Of a stretch of DNA of 64,000 bases, positions 61,621 to 64,000 are shown piece by piece (position 1 is the first letter of the stretch; every line of letters begins with the position of its first letter). The position numbers were made by a program, and so were the translations under genes. The DNA comes from Octopus sinensis (Eukaryota): NCBI RefSeq assembly GCF_006345805.1, contig NC_043026.1, positions 1,550,001 to 1,614,000 of the forward strand, in the 5' to 3' direction. The notes below the pieces were generated by a model. That model ran no database searches and had not been told where the DNA came from. It was given only the letters and a program-made list of their open reading frames with translations.

Positions 61621-63377
61621 AACCATGAAAAGTAAACAACTATATTGTATTTAACAGTTTCAAATTAACACATTTCTAAAGTAGGGTCTTTTTGATATCG
61701 ATTAACCAACGGTGGTGAGCATGTGGGACAAAATGCGTGAAGGCATTTCTTCTAGCTTTACGTTATGGGTTCAAATTCCGCAGCGATCGACTTTGCCTTT
61801 CATCGGTGGGGAAACAATTACTAATCAAGCACTGGGATCGATCAAATCGACCAGACCCGCCCCTCAAATTTTCAGGCCTTCTGCCTTTTTAAAGAATATT
61901 AATCCACATAAAATTCTTAAAATATATCATGCTATACCATGGTTACAGTATAATGCTTACAAGTGACAAATAAAAGTAAAGAACACGATTTTATTTAACT
62001 GGTACAAAGCAGAGTAGACTTCCTTCTAAAGCAGAGTAAATTTAATCAGAAAAATTAAAAACAAAACTATTTTTAACACAATTGGCAAATTAACAAACTT
62101 CAAAAGCAGTTTGTTTTTTCAATACAAGTACAGTATAGTGTACACTATTCCGGATTTCTAGAAGACAAGCAATTGGTCCAGAACTGTATGTACAAAGCTA
62201 TTTATATACCTAATATTAAATATCACGAAAGCAGTGGGATGTAAAAAAAGCCCCAAGTGGAAAAAAACCACTGACGTTAATTATTCCGACCTGCAACTCG
62301 TTGCGTCACTCTAACATTTAATTCTCAGTCATCGACTTTGCTATAACATCCTTAACGTTCTGAGTTCGAATCCCCTTTGAAGTGAATTCCTTTAAAAATT
62401 ACAATTGTTTCCCCCTTTTTTTCACACCTATCTTATAAAACGGTGAGAGAAGAATAGCGTCGTTGGTTACAAATTTCCGAAGGGACGTTTATTTATTGTT
62501 CGCCACATTTCTGACGGTGAGAATGGCCAGGGGGGGTGTCTTTAAATTGTGGCAGAACAAATATTACAAAGGACTTCGTTCGAAAAGCACTTTTTTTTTG
62601 TTTTGTCTTTGTTTTCTGTTGTTTTTAGTTTTCTTTTTTGCTTTCTCGCTTATGTTTTGTAGACTCCGTTATATACCCTGATGCACACACACACACAGGT
62701 ATGTATATCTATCTATCAGTCTGTCTGTCTGTTATATACTAGAATAAAAAATATGAATGCAGAATCCTAGAATATTCTTGAGTACAGAAAAGTATAGAAT
62801 AAGCAGTAACAGAATGAAAAAATGCGGGCACTGAGTGCTAGAATATTCTTATGTATTGAAACTGGAAAAGAAGAAAAAGCTTAAAATTTTGCTACAAGTG
62901 AGAATTTAAAAACTAAAATAGTAATAAATGCCCCTTTATATTTTCTATTTTTACTTAAAATTTTAAATTAAAATACTCAAGAACTTATTTATTTTCAATT
63001 TTAGTGAAAAGAATAATCACCTGCAAATTTAGGTATCAAAAAATTGATATTACAAATTTATATATTTAAAGAATTACATGATAACAATTTAAGCAAAATG
63101 TACCACTATAAACCCCTGCAATTTTTAAAGGAAAGCTAGAGTCATTTCTACATTTTGAACTCAATTTATTCATCAGCTTTCATTTTTTTAAATATTTTAC
63201 TAACTGTAAATAGAAAATGCTTTGCCATCTAATAATGCAAACTTAAAAATTATTAGTTCATTTGTTTCTTTTAAAAAAACTTTTGTATCATTTTTAATCT
63301 TTTGAATTACATATATTCTACGTCAGTTTAATTTTATAACTTAATAGCTGGGATTTAAAATTCGGGGATGATGAGTT

Positions 63378-63635
63378 CATCATCATCATCATCATCATCG
63401 TTTAGCGTCCGCTTTCCATGCTGGCATGGGTTGGACGTCTGGGAAGCCAGAAGGCTGCACCAGGCCCAGTCTGATCTGGCAATGTTTCTACAACTGGATG
63501 CCCTTCCTAACGCCAACCACTCCGCGAGTGTAGTGGGTGCTTTTTACGTGCCAGACGAGGCTGGCAAATGGCTACGATCGGATGGTGCTTTTTACGTGCC
63601 ACTGGCACGGAGGCCAGGCGAGGCTGGCAACAGCC
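63378..63635 (-). mobile_element. RTE LINE 3'UTR fragment
   Basis: (CAT)n tail followed by gtttagcgtccgctttccatgctggcatggg...cttcctaacgccaaccactcc. Confidence 0.85.
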
Positions 63636-64000
63636 CTGGTGAGAAAATAAAAGTAAAACAATAATATACTACTAAAATAAGACAAATATTTTAACTTAAT
63701 ACAAAGAAATTTTTAAATCAAAAATATTAACTTAAATTTTTTAAAAAAAGCAAAAAAATCTTGAAAAACAAAACACTGCACAAACTATTTCATCATTGTT
63801 TATATCAATTCTTTGTCCATTCCTGCTAAATTGAACCACCGTTAGCCACAGTAAACTAACCAGCAGAGAAAGGACAGAAAATTTTTAGTGCACCTTTTCT
63901 AGCACGTTCCCAGTATATCCAGGTGAGCAGTGTTCTCCTTAAAAGGGCTGCTCAGACACAGGATTCTCCACCGTAAACAGTTCCTGTCCATGAAAACATG

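Overview
AT-rich, repeat-saturated animal genomic DNA. The SINE/LINE repertoire and dense (TA)n/(CA)n microsatellites resemble an Octopus genome; this is inferred from family resemblance, not from a search. The only host gene I can support is flotillin-2 on the minus strand, and the ORF track misses it. Coding exon 1 (60866-60914, MGNIHTAGPDEALVIS/G) lies in a CpG-rich promoter region and splices across a 49,993-nt intron to exon 2 (10791-10872, GCWGPESKKTIVGNWGWAWWLVTDVQ). I did not find exon 3 in the window. Nearly everything else is intronic transposon material: a Tc1 remnant, a Helitron PIF1 helicase plus two non-autonomous Helitrons, a CR1-like LINE, two RTE-clade LINEs (one nearly full length with a PHD-like insert, one with three C-terminal C2H2 fingers), three SINE families, several MITEs/foldbacks, Penelope-like remnants with hammerhead ribozyme motifs, a 5S rRNA pseudogene and a 1.1-kb tandem duplication. 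The most interesting signals are intronic type I hammerheads (one on the pre-mRNA sense strand with a built-in antisense arm), a SINE/LINE pair sharing a 3' stem-loop, and a candidate in-frame alternative first exon for flotillin-2.
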